From NCBI GenBank assembly GCA_964187785.1, contig OZ076413.1, forward strand, positions 49,478,001 to 49,542,000: DNA of 64,000 bases, read 5' to 3'. Under the pieces are notes generated by a model that had not been told where the DNA came from, made no database searches, and saw only the letters and a list, made by a program, of their open reading frames with translations. Each line of letters opens with the position of its first letter. The first letter of the stretch is position 1. The stretch is from Amphiscolops sp. MND2022. Its lineage: Eukaryota. The position numbers were made by a program, and so were the translations under genes. Positions 39,581-51,015 of the stretch are shown in pieces.

Positions 39581-42500
39581 ATGGATTTCTTTCAAGGAAG
39601 CTTACCGCCAAATTTCATCTCTTTCTGTTTAGAACAACAGAACGTCAACGAACCACAAATTCAAAGCATTGCCACAACTGGTAATTCCACTGCGCTCCCT
39701 CAACGTCCTTTACCCATCTCAATGCCCAGCAGTACGCCTTCTCCACCTCCGTTTCCTCCAATAAGAACATTCCTCGGCCAAGCGCAACAGTTGACTGCAG
39801 ACTCTCCCTTCAGCAACGAAAGTAACGTTGATGTCACAGCGTATGCAGACGAGATGGTCCAACGTATGGAAGTTTCACAGGCGTTGACTGACACAAATCC
39901 TGCCGATCCTAGGGAAGAAGAGCCGTCTCCGGCACAAAGCCCAGTTGTCCCAGACGTGGGTCATGTCCCGATTCAAGTGAGAACCAGCACCCCAACACCC
40001 TCAGAACAGCCTGGAACAGAAGTTACTAGCGTTTCGCAACTTGAGTCCTCACTGTCGGTAGCGCCACAGTCTCAGTCTGGTTTTCCTGAGTTGCATCTTG
40101 TTCAGACTCGGAGCCACGATACATCTGCAGTTTCTTTCCTGCAGTCAGATGATGAAGCCTCATCTTCTGTTCATGAGCCTCCTCCACTCCCCGGCGGAAC
40201 AGGACGTTTCACCACTCCAGGGGACCACAGTGACACCACTCAGGCTGTTGATACTACCAGTCAGTCTGAAATTCCCCTCCTGTACTCGGGTGTCCCTTTC
40301 GGCACTGGGTCAACATCAGAGGCTCAAGAAGACTCAGAATCGGAAATACACGATCCAGGACCACCAGGAACTTCTCGATTTGATCCCCAGCCACAAGAAG
40401 AAGTTTTGCGAGACTTGTCAGGACGCAGCAGGGCTACTCTCAAACAGTATTTTGAGGCCGAAGACCCCTACACGTTCCCAGTCGGACAGAGGGTTGTAGC
40501 CTTCACAGAGCCGCAGGTCTATCACCTGCTTCGGGTCCTCACCGACGAAGCCATCAGTATGACTTGTTCTACCATGGAGAGAATGGTAATCGGAGCAGTA
40601 AAAGGAACTCCCGTAACTGCCCCTTCACGGACTGAGAAGTTTCGGACGCGAACCCGAGCTCCCTCTTCAGGATCCAATCGTCAAACAGGGTCCAGTTCCG
40701 ACGAGCTTTCCGTCGATCTTGGAGCTCAGCCCAGTCCGCAACTTGACTTGAGCACACTTCAGGATGCCAGTGGTCTTTCCTATTTCGAAGATAGTGACAG
40801 TTCCATGGAAAGGCTCTTGATTGACAGAGTTTACAATAAACCTGCTTCTGAAAATCTCCCTACAGCCCCACAACCAGGGCTGTCACTCGACACGACTGAG
40901 GGAGAGGCTGAACTACAGGAGAAGAGCAGTCTGGACTGTACTTTGTTTGTCTGAGCTTCGCGGTCACTCTTCTGCACAGAAGTCTCGTCGGGCAGTTGTC
41001 TCAGCCAGGAAAAGCAAGGGTAAGAGGATGCCAAGGCGGGGTGTGCCTATGCGTGAGGAATTTTTCTCCAAGATCGCATGGACAAGATCTTTCATTTCTG
41101 GCCCGGCAGACCCGCTACATAATCCTTACATGGTGTGGTGCCACATGTGCAAGAAAAATTTTAGCATAAGGACTAAAGGCACTGTGGAAATCTTGCGTCA
41201 TCACAGAACTGAGAAACACCTTCGCCGAGACCAGAGGTGGCGGTTCGAGCACCTCAAGACGGTTGATGACGTTACATGGAAAGTTCATCACAGAGTTCGA
41301 GGAAGGGATGGCAAGATCCTCAGTAAATCTGACCTTGCGCAAGAGCTTCCCAAATTCATCCACACAGAGCTCATTGACGTTGGCGAAAGACATCCCTTTT
41401 ACGAGGATTACTTGAAAGGACACTCTTCAGCTCCTGTAACACCTCAATCGCGATTGCAGGCCCAGATTTGCCTCTTGGGAGATTTCATCCAGGACTCAGG
41501 CAACATAGCCATCCTCCGCAGGTTGTGGGCTAGAGCAGGGAGCTATACTGGATTCCAGTCAGTCTTCCAGGATTTTGACTGGAGCGAAGACCACATCATG
41601 GTAAGTTCACTCGTTTGTTTCATCATAGAACCATTCGTAGCGTAAAGGTAGCTTGTAATGGTAAGCCGTATGATCATCCGAATTTCGTTCCGTTTCAGGC
41701 CATTTTCCAACACGTCTTCAACTGTATGATGGAAGACGTGGCAGAGCAAGTCATTGCTTCCCAACACTATGGGATTGAGTTCGAGAAGAGAGGGGCCAAT
41801 CGTTTGATGTCTCTCCGATTTTGGAAGGGTGCACAGCTTTGTCGCATCTTCGTCTGTCGAAGTGGACTATCTGGTGTCGGGCTCACTGAGGAGATGGGCT
41901 CCCTATCACGATTGTTATCTGCCATTTCTACCGCTCCCGATGTGGTCGCGATATCCGGATGTGCCGTTGACCTGATAAGGACAGTGGACCAGCACCCCTC
42001 TTACCCACGTGGGATCCAAAGTTGCTTCCGGTTTGAGTCGCTCGACTTGAGGGCTTTGATGCACAAAGTGAACTACAGCGTCTTCGGGCACATAGACATG
42101 TTCTCTGTCCTTCAATGTCTTCTGGTCTCGCTTGGAGGTTGCTTGTCTGAGGACTGGGTCACTGATTCGACTGAACTTGCCCGAGTAAGTCTATTTTGCA
42201 AATTTGTTCTGCATAATATTGGTGAAGGTCGGATGTAGTCACTGACAGTTAGGGCTCCCATTTTGAATCGTTTCGTTTAGGCTATCACAACTTGCACGCT
42301 GGAAATAGCCAAGATACCTGATTTGTGCCGCGATCTGTTGAAGAAGTGGAAGTCGATCCTGCGCTACTTCACTGTGCATTCACGCCGACAAGAGAATCAA
42401 GGGGTCCAAAATAAGGTTGTAGTTCACAAAATCATCTGTCTTTTTAGAAAGAGTTCTAGTGAACGTTCCTTTTCATAAGCATAGGTAGGGTTATCGTTTC

Positions 42501-43842
42501 AAATTTACACCATATCCTTTCACAGGTCCAGAACTTCGAGTGGTCCCTGATCATGGACAATTTCTTCACTGTCAAACTGGAGCTGTTTCAACGCCTAGTC
42601 AGCGATTGTGAGTATTTCTAGTTTGATAGGGTCACTTTGGTCGCTGTCCTTTTAGGGACTTTCAGGTCCTGTGTTTTAGATGTCACCAGTTTCGCCATCA
42701 ATCTGGGTCAGAGGCGAGATGCTACCTTCTTTCTTTGTGGAGAGATGTGCAAGTACATCAATCGTCTTTGCTTCCGCATCTACCAGCCTGACACTGTGCC
42801 TCTGGAAAGCGCTTGGTTCCTGTTGATGGACTTCCGGATCAGTCAGGGCAAGCCCATGAGTGACGAAGATTTCCTGGTACGGCTCAAGATTGCCAGTAAA
42901 GTGACTAGTGCAAGCAACTTGAAAGCGGCGGGGCTTCATTTCAACAAGAAATCTAGCAAGGCAGCGATCGACAAGACTGCTGAAAACGCAAAATCAGACT
43001 TTGTGAAGAGCTCGAGGGAGTTCATCAAGTTCTTGTTGTCCGGAGTACTCCAACACTCCGAGCTTGGATCCGACCTCATCAAAGGACTGGCTGCGTTTGA
43101 TCCGCATATCCTCTTCAGGAGGCCCGTGGAAGTTGCTTTGCGGCATTTTGACCGCTTGTATTCCACCTTCCAACTGCGTTCCTGGGTTTCAGCGTCCAAT
43201 GAGTCAGTTTGCCGGGACGAGTACGTTGCCCTATTGGATTACCTTCGAGCCAACCATTCTTCTGAGTTTGACTCTTCCTGCGATCCTCCTGATCTCATTG
43301 ACTTCTTCATGGGATTGGAGTTCCTTCACACACATGAACATCTTTGTTATCTGTTCAAGCTGAGTTGCCTCTGCATCACTTCCGTGAGTCCCGAGTATCC
43401 TCCTGTTTCTTTGGGTAAAATTGACACAAAGGGGCTTCAGTCTCGTTTAGCGGACGTCATCTTGCCTTGTCAGAGTTATCTGTCAACAGTGCCTGATTCT
43501 CTGGTTGCCTGCTGTTCCGAGTCTCGTCTCGAGAAGTTCTTCGAATTGTCTTCGGTGTTTGGACAGACTGCCTTCGCTGCCGATTACGACCCGTGGACCT
43601 TTGTAGACAGCTTTGGCCGTTCAGCAATTTACAAGAATCTCGTCACCTCTTATCGCTCTGTTCTCTCCGGGTCAGAATTCCATTTTAGAAGTCCCACTTT
43701 TGCCGATACTTCTTCTGTGCCTGATGCTCCTGCTGTGAGGCCGCCCAGTGATAGTAAGCGGAGACGGATGGAAAAGAGTTGTTCCCGGGGTAGATCTTCG
43801 TCTGTCCTTGGTGAATCGTCTGCTGGTGGTTCTAAGAGCTAA
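39581..43842 (+). CDS. Antisense five-exon accessory gene, about 1293 aa: disordered S/P/T/E N-terminus, BED/hAT-type zinc finger, hAT-transposase-like body; exons 39581-41600, 41699-42184, 42281-42415, 42526-42607, 42680-43842; one 4-bp duplication frameshift at 40942-40949
   Basis: Four GT-AG introns join the ORFs in frame; WCHMCKKNFSI..G..EILRHHRTEKH zinc finger; homologous gene with matching splice sites at 57035-60930. Confidence 0.85.
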
Positions 43843-44085
43843 TTGTACATATGTATTTATGTACTTGCAGACTGTAAACTTTGTTGATTTTCTGTTTGTA
43901 TTATTTATTTCATTTTGTTGCTCTCGATTCTTCTGATCCCGTATTTATTTTCTTTGTAAGGGATCGTCCAAGTGTCCCATTATTTATTCAAAAGATACTG
44001 CTGCATGGGACTAGTAAAAAGAAAAGTAAAAGAGAAGAGAATAAAACAGTTCAGGGCTAATTTCCTGAGCCGAACTTAATTTTCT

Positions 44086-47000
44086 CTAATATCTGTAGTC
44101 TTCTGAGTAGTTTGGGTTAGGGTTAGGTCTGAGGTTATATTTCCCCCCTCTAGGGCTCAGACTTTCGTTTCTGACATCGTTTTCAGATATTTCGGGCACG
44201 ATAATATCATCCCCCCTTTTTGGAGAATTTTGTGTATCGGTTTCAGTTCGCAAATTTTCATGTGGGAAAATTTCTTTGTTTTTTGGTCTTTCTGAAATGA
44301 TTTTGTCTTTTTGAAGGTCATTTGCTGTATTCGGTGAATGCGTTTCGTGAGCTTTCGGTAAACCGGCCTCGTTCGGCCAATCAGGTTCGTCATTCGATGC
44401 TTCTTCGGTGACGTCATTACTTGTCGTTACGTCGTGACTTAAGCGGTCATTCCGGCTGTGTACCGCGTTGTCGTTGTTTAATCCTTCTCGCGTGATTATG
44501 TAATCCACGTCATTCTCGTTTGCGTCATTTGTATTTTCTGCCATACTCGGCCGTTCGCCGTTCGGCAAGCTAGTCGAAGAGGTTCGTTGCCTCGTGTAAC
44601 TATCTGTTCACCGAAGTCTGTTTCCCACGTTATGACGTATAAATCGTCTTGTGGAATGATAATTTCTTCGTCTGGTTGAAGCCGTTGTTCTCGGAAATTG
44701 TCCTCAAGCGGTTGATTGGGAGCAAACCTTTTAAGGCGAATTCGATGCAAGATTTGAGTTTTATTTGTATTAAGTCGTCGAACTATGTAATTTTCATTGG
44801 GTAAAACTTTTTCGACTATGAATGGTCCAACCCATCGGTAATCACGGAATGGAATTTTTGATCCTTGATTGTCCGCTTTCGGCTGTAGGACGAAACAGTA
44901 CTCATTCTCCTTCAATGGAGCAGCTTTCGCCTTGCGATCGTAGTATTCTTTGTATTTAATATACGATTGCATAATGTTCTGCTTCGTCTTGTCAATCAAG
45001 GTTTTTGTCCGATTTTGGATTTCTTCGGCGAATTCAGTTGTAGGACTGATCTTTTCGTTTGGATTATTTCCAAGCTTGTGATCCAAAATATTGTAGGGAA
45101 TTCTGCCATGGAATACTCTCGTTGGCTCACAACCGATGCTGGCGTGATAACTCGTATTATGATTGAGTACTGCTAATGGTAAGTATTTATGCCATTGTCG
45201 GTTTTGACATGGCATTTTGAGGTTTGTCTTTAATGAGGCATGGGTCCGCTCTAATTTCCCAATTGTTTGCGGGTGCTTTGTCGTTGCACATTTGAGTGTA
45301 ATGCCCAAAATTTGTGTAACTTCCGCAATAATCGTAGAAGTGAATGCAGTACCCTTATCAGTAATAAGAGTCGTTGGCAGATATGCATGCTTGGTCATTA
45401 TGTCAATGAGCGCTTTTGCCACATTGATTGCTGATGCGTCTGTAAGGGTATAAGCGAATAAATATCTGGAGAAAACATCAATTGCCGTTAGGACATTTTC
45501 ATATCCTCCACTTGGGGGAAGATTCGGCAATAGGTCAATCTGCATGGCGTCTTCAGGTCCAAGGTCCCATTCGGGCAAGTTGAGCAGCTCAGGCGTGATC
45601 GTTGCGTTAGGGACTCTCTTGTCTCTGGCACATTGTTCACACCCTTCTACCCACCTTTTGACGTGTTTAGCCATGCTAGGGTAGTAATACCTTTGTCTAA
45701 TTTCCTGCAACATTTTTGAAATCCCGGGATGTTTATGCGCTGTCCCGTGAAGGGAGTGAAGCAATTCCCGAAGTAGGTGTTGCGGGAGTAAAATTTGGTG
45801 GTATTTTACGTTCCCTGTTTCATCAAAATATTGCCTTGTCAGGATTTCGTCCTTTAGTACAATTCGTTCCAGGTTGTTTGCGTAATGTCTATATCGGGCA
45901 TCTTGGTGCAGTATGTTTTCTGAATAATCTTCATGAAGGAGCTTTGCCTTCAATTGTTGCAGAACTGCATCTTTGGACTGTTCGATGATTATCTGGTTTG
46001 TTTTCTTTAATCGGACCTGGATGTCTGGTTGTTGTTTGACCAAATTGGTTGACAGAGTTTCTATGGTAACAGTGGGCTCATCAGTCATTGGATTTTTCCT
46101 GATTGCTTCTTTTCTTGCCCAATACTGTTCCTCTGTCTCGTCGTCATCATTCGTATAGAATATTTGTTCTTCCTGTGATACCCCCGCAGATTGAACATTG
46201 ATTTCAATTGGTAGAGTTTGTACGTCCTCACGGATTTTCATGACTAATTTGTCCTTCGGATCTGCTTCCAATCGGGACAAGTAGTCAGCTGCTGTGTTCT
46301 GGGCTCCCGGAATATGCGCTATGACAAAATTGAACTGGATCACATAATCACATGCATTCCACAGGGCTGGGGGTATTATTTTTGTTTGAAAAAATCTCGT
46401 GACCGCCTTGTTGTCCGTAAGGATGATGACCGGTTTCGGCGCACCCCAGAATATATGTCCGAATTCTTTGAATGCAAAATAAATTGCAAGGAATTCTTTT
46501 GCATAAATTGACATCTTTATCTGGTCTGGGGTGAAAGTTTTTGATCCATATGCGACTGGTGCATACGATTTTCTGAGTGACGTGAATTTCTGGTTTGGGT
46601 CATCTTCTATTAAGACCGCATATCCGGCTGCACCAAAACTTGCGTCAGTCATTAGTGCAATTTGTTTGTTCGGGATAGGCTGTTGTAGGGCCAAATCGCA
46701 ACATTTGTCGAGTGCCTTGTTGATTTCTTCGAATTGTTGGACTAATTCTTTGGATACTAGGACCTTTTCGTCACTTTTGAGCATCTTGTAGAATGGAGCA
46801 AGGCGCTAGGAGAGTCTTGGGACATAATTCCTGTAATAGTTCAAGAATCCCAAGTAGCGTTGCAAAGCCTTTTTCGACTTTGGGAATTTGGTCTTTTCCA
46901 GAAAATTTTGCACGTTCTGTTTCTGGGGTTTGACGCCTTGCGGGGTAATAGTCCGTCCGAGGAAATCAATTTCTTTTGCACCAAAGTGACATTTGTGCAT

Positions 47001-49310
47001 TGTCAACTTAAGGCCTGCTTCCTGAATGCATTTGAATGTTGCTCTCAGGTTCGTTATGAGGTGGTTAACATCATTGGCTGCGATGCCGATATCGTCCACA
47101 TACTGGGCGCACTGATCCGCTTTAATGACTTTGTCGAGGTATTCCCTCATGAAACTCGAGAATGCGGAGAGTGACCGACTGAGGCCTTGTGCCAAACGTC
47201 TGTAGGCAAATGTGCGACTGGCAAAATTGAAAGCTAACATTTCGATTGAGCGTTGGTCAGCCATTGGTAGGCAGTGGTATGCCTGCGAACAGTCTAATTT
47301 ACAGAACAGTTTTTTGCCTGCCAAGTGTTGGGCAGCATCAACCAAGGTGCTAACAGGGTGATTATTGTTTATATAATCATCCGAGATGAGGTTGTTGATT
47401 TTTCTCAAGTCAACCAAAAGTCGTAGCTTCCCGTTTGGTTTCTTTTGGGCGAATATTGGGCTTGCATACTTTGAGAACGGTAGAGTGGTGATGATGCCAT
47501 ATTTGTGTAACATGGCTAATTCAACTAGGATGTCCTCCTTCAAGTTGATAGGAGCTGGAAGACTTTGACTATAGGCTGGGGAATCGTCTTTAGGTGTCAG
47601 TTTCACCTTGAAGTCCTCGTTCATGCCTATATCAAATCGGTGTCGTGCAAAGATGTCATGGAATTCCACTAACAATTCCTCTATTTTCTTCTTCTCTTCA
47701 GGAGTAAGGGTGGAATCTTTCCAGTCAAAGTTTTCTAAGAATTTTGCACGTGATTCTGCGTCTGTGGTGGGGTCGAGTGTCTCCAGGTCCTGTAAGGCCT
47801 GTAACTCACGTAGGATCCGTTTTTGTATGGGTGTGTGTTCCTCAGGATTTCCAGGGTTTTCTGGAGTTGGGAACCAGTAATTTTCGGAGTTTTGTGGATT
47901 TCTATTAGTTTTGATGAGACTGCTGACATAATGGGCCGCTTGCTCCTGGTCATTCTGCAAAAGGTGCCAGGTTGATGCCGGGTCTACCGGTTTGACATAC
48001 TTCATTTGTTCTGGCGTCATGACAGAGAAATTGGCAATATGTAGTCCCTTTTTGAGTTTATAAGGGTGGTCTGTGAAATTGTTCACTGGAATCAATATAT
48101 TGCCGTCATTCAGAGTGACCAAGGCTGGGCAAAATGTGATGTCGCCTTCTTCATGTAGAAGGTCGCTCGGTTGCAAAATTCCAGTGACAGCATTCTCAGG
48201 GTACAGTAGGGAATTGGTCCTGATTAGGACTCTATCGTTTGGCGGAATGGTTATCTCAATGGGATTGAGATTTGGTTCTAAGACATTTGAGTATTTATGG
48301 TCAGCTGTTTTTAGCTGCATTGAAAAGAACGGGAAGTTCAAGATTCCTTGTCTCATGTCCAGGACTCTATGGTTTCTCTGCAGGAACATTAGTCCAATGA
48401 TCGGTCCTGTCAAGTGTTCCATGACTATGAAAATCTCATGAAACTCGATATCACCAACTTCGAATTTGAGTTCTATGGTACTTTTAGGGGTTTCCAGTTG
48501 ACCATTAGCGACCATTATTTGGAAATTCGGAGGTGGACCTTCTCGGATAACAGATTGTGGAGATAAAAGGCGGATTTTCCGGAGGTCCATTTCGGGTATT
48601 GCACTGGACAGTGCCCCAGTGTCTATTAGTCCATCAATGGTCAATTCCCCAAAGTCCATTGGGAAATAAAGCATGCGTTTCTTGCATTTGAGGTTGATGT
48701 TGGTTGACAGGGGTATACAGTCTGGTTCGCCATCTCTGGTGATGAGTACATTTTGGAATTGTTTTTCATCTAGTAATGATTGTGGCATGATTTCACCACT
48801 ATTTTCAGTATTCTCGGTCCCCAGGGGGTTTGGGAACACCGGATGGCTTGTGCCATCATTCATTTGCCAGGTTTCAATCAATGCTCTAGTTTTCTTGTTG
48901 TGGGTGATTGGAGGATTTTCATGGGCTGATTTATTGTAGACTTCGATATCATCAATGACGTATTGGAATTGTAGCAGATCTTGGTTGTAGAGTTCCGTGT
49001 CCCAATATGGATCTCGTCCATAATCGGGGTCTATGTAGGTAGGGTTGTAATCGTCTACCAAGGGAATGGGCCTGAATCGGCTATTGAAAGCAGATGTGTA
49101 ATCAGGATCCCATACAGGAATTGGTTTTTGGAATAAATGGGTATTATTGTAAGTAATAATGGTAGCTTTTTCCATCTGCTGCTGCCAGACAACAGAAGGA
49201 TAGCCCATCAATTGTTGATTGTATTGGTTGAAAGTTTGCGTTGGAGGGTCCGATCTGATGTATTGTCGGACAGATATTAGCTGGTTGTATTGGAGTCGTG
49301 GCGAAGTTAG
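44086..49310 (-). pseudogene. pol: Pol (PR, dUTPase-like spacer, RT, RNase H, integrase) with a premature TAG at 46808-46806 and a frameshift near 44575
   Basis: LIDTGA; YVDD; MTDAS; HHCC (HSLHGTAHKHPG..CEQC); QIDL..TDKG..ERTH; WVGPF; PRLS*RLAP versus PRLSEKLTP in element 2. Confidence 0.95.
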
Positions 49311-51015
49311 TTTTTTGACTCATCATTGGAAGATGAGGTCTGTGAGTTGGAAGATGTTGGTTTGTTTTGTGGTTTCTGCGCCTTTGAATTCGGTTTGCCA
49401 TCGTTAGCATCATCTGGTCTGGTGCGTTTGGGTTTGAGATGCGCACCAGCACCTTGCCAACATCTTTCCTCGGGGTGGTTCTTTTTACCACAAGTACCAC
49501 ACTCCGGATACGTCTTTTTCTGAGTCTGTTTGCCTTGTTGGGCATCTTTTTCCTTTTTCTTTTTCAATTTTTCACAGTCTTTGACTATATGGCCCTTCTC
49601 CTTGCAATAATTGCAAGTGATGTCCGATATTTGCCCAGTAGTTAGAGGAGTCTTGGATTTTGTTGTCGAGGAGGTCATTGTGGCCATTGGTAGGTCGTCT
49701 GATTCCTCAAGTGCATTTAGTTCTAACTCTCTCTCTAAATGAGCAACTATTTCGTCGTAAGAGCCATTTTCGAGTCTGGCCATGTTTACAGACCGCTTCA
49801 GTTTTGGTGGCAGTTTTGCGTAGAGCAAACTGTCAATCATTTTCTGGGCGTGATCCCCGAATGCTTTTTCTGCCCCTTGATTTAATTCTTCAAGGAAATC
49901 TGGCAGTTTCATCGTGTTGGGATCAAAGACTAGACGGTGCCATTTATGTTTGGCAGTTGCTTGTGATTCAGGTTTGACATATTTTCGTCTGAATATTATC
50001 AATACATCCTCTAAGGTTTGTCTATTGCTCGAGCTGATGTTCCGGAAGGTTTGGAGAGCATTCTTCCTCAGCAATGAGTGGAAGTGATTTATTTTCATCT
50101 GTTCCGTCATTTCCGGTTGCATCTTGATCATCGTGTGGAACAGGTCCTCAAACAGCTCAAATTTTTCACTCTTGCCATCAAAGGTCATTGTGTTTGAATT
50201 GACTGGGCGTATAGTGAGTTGTTGTGCTGTCGGCCTATTCTGCATCGTTGTCAAGACATCTGCTAGTCGAGTAATAGGGTCAGTTTGAGCAGCCGGCGCA
50301 TTTCTCTCTTGCGCTGGGATCGTCGTGTCAAGGTTGATGTCCTCATAGGACCTGTCGAGATGGTTTCTGGATGAGACTCGTCCCGTGAGAAACTCGGGAA
50401 CTTGAAGTGGAGATTCGTTGTCTCCTGTCACCATGTCATGGACTTGACGGCTTGGTTGACCGTTCGGTCGGTTTCCATCATGTTGTTCATTTCTACAGTC
50501 TTAGCACTTGGAATTCGCTGTTCCTCGGCATTTACTTCCGGTCTCTCAACTGGGACTTCCCATCCCCTTCTGGTCTCTCGGCCTGATCCGGCCATAATGA
50601 CATTCTGTATTTGAGGCAATACTTGACTACTAATAGCTTCATTAATGGCACTTTGGATCAGCGTATCGACATTACTCAACATTTCATCCATCTCACGGGA
50701 TATCCTAGAGTTCAGTTCGCTAGACAACCTGTTTATCTCAGCTAGTGAGTTTGCTTCAGCTGAGTTTTGGCCGAAATCGGCACTTGTCCTAGGTTCATCA
50801 TTTCTACAATTTGAAAACAAGCTTTCACCTTCGTTGTCTAAATTATTGCTTATGATACTTTCTCTCCTTCTGACGGAGTTACTTTCTAAACTCCTTTCTC
50901 TTTCAGTTCCATTGTAGCGATCGCCTCCTAACATTATATCTAGATTTTCGATATCAGAAAGGATTTCTAGTCCTCTAGACTTCCTAGTCTTCTTTTGTTT
51001 TCTTGTAGTAGGCAT
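49307..51015 (-). CDS. gag: Gag, about 570 aa reconstructed; the first 195 codons lie in the LTR, and this copy is frameshifted by a 4-bp deletion near 50500
   Basis: Capsid-like TFDGKSEKFELFEDLF; two zinc knuckles CNYCKEKGHIVKDC and CGTCGKKNHPEERC; the 3' LTR copy keeps the frame ...RQVHD-A|TG. Confidence 0.9.
50416..50433 (-). promoter_or_regulatory. Primer-binding-site-like sequence TGGTGACAGGAGACAACG, lying within gag coding sequence
   Basis: Starts with TGG immediately after the LTR's CA; the cognate tRNA was not identified. Confidence 0.65.

Noticed and set aside
39581..43842. Antisense gene as an independent nested hAT insertion or host gene
   Set aside because: No TIRs or 8-bp TSD seen, and the same gene sits at the same position in the divergent element 2.
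44967..49977. Plus-strand ORFs overlapping gag-pol
   Set aside because: Shadow frames of the coding strand without motifs or consistent splice structure.
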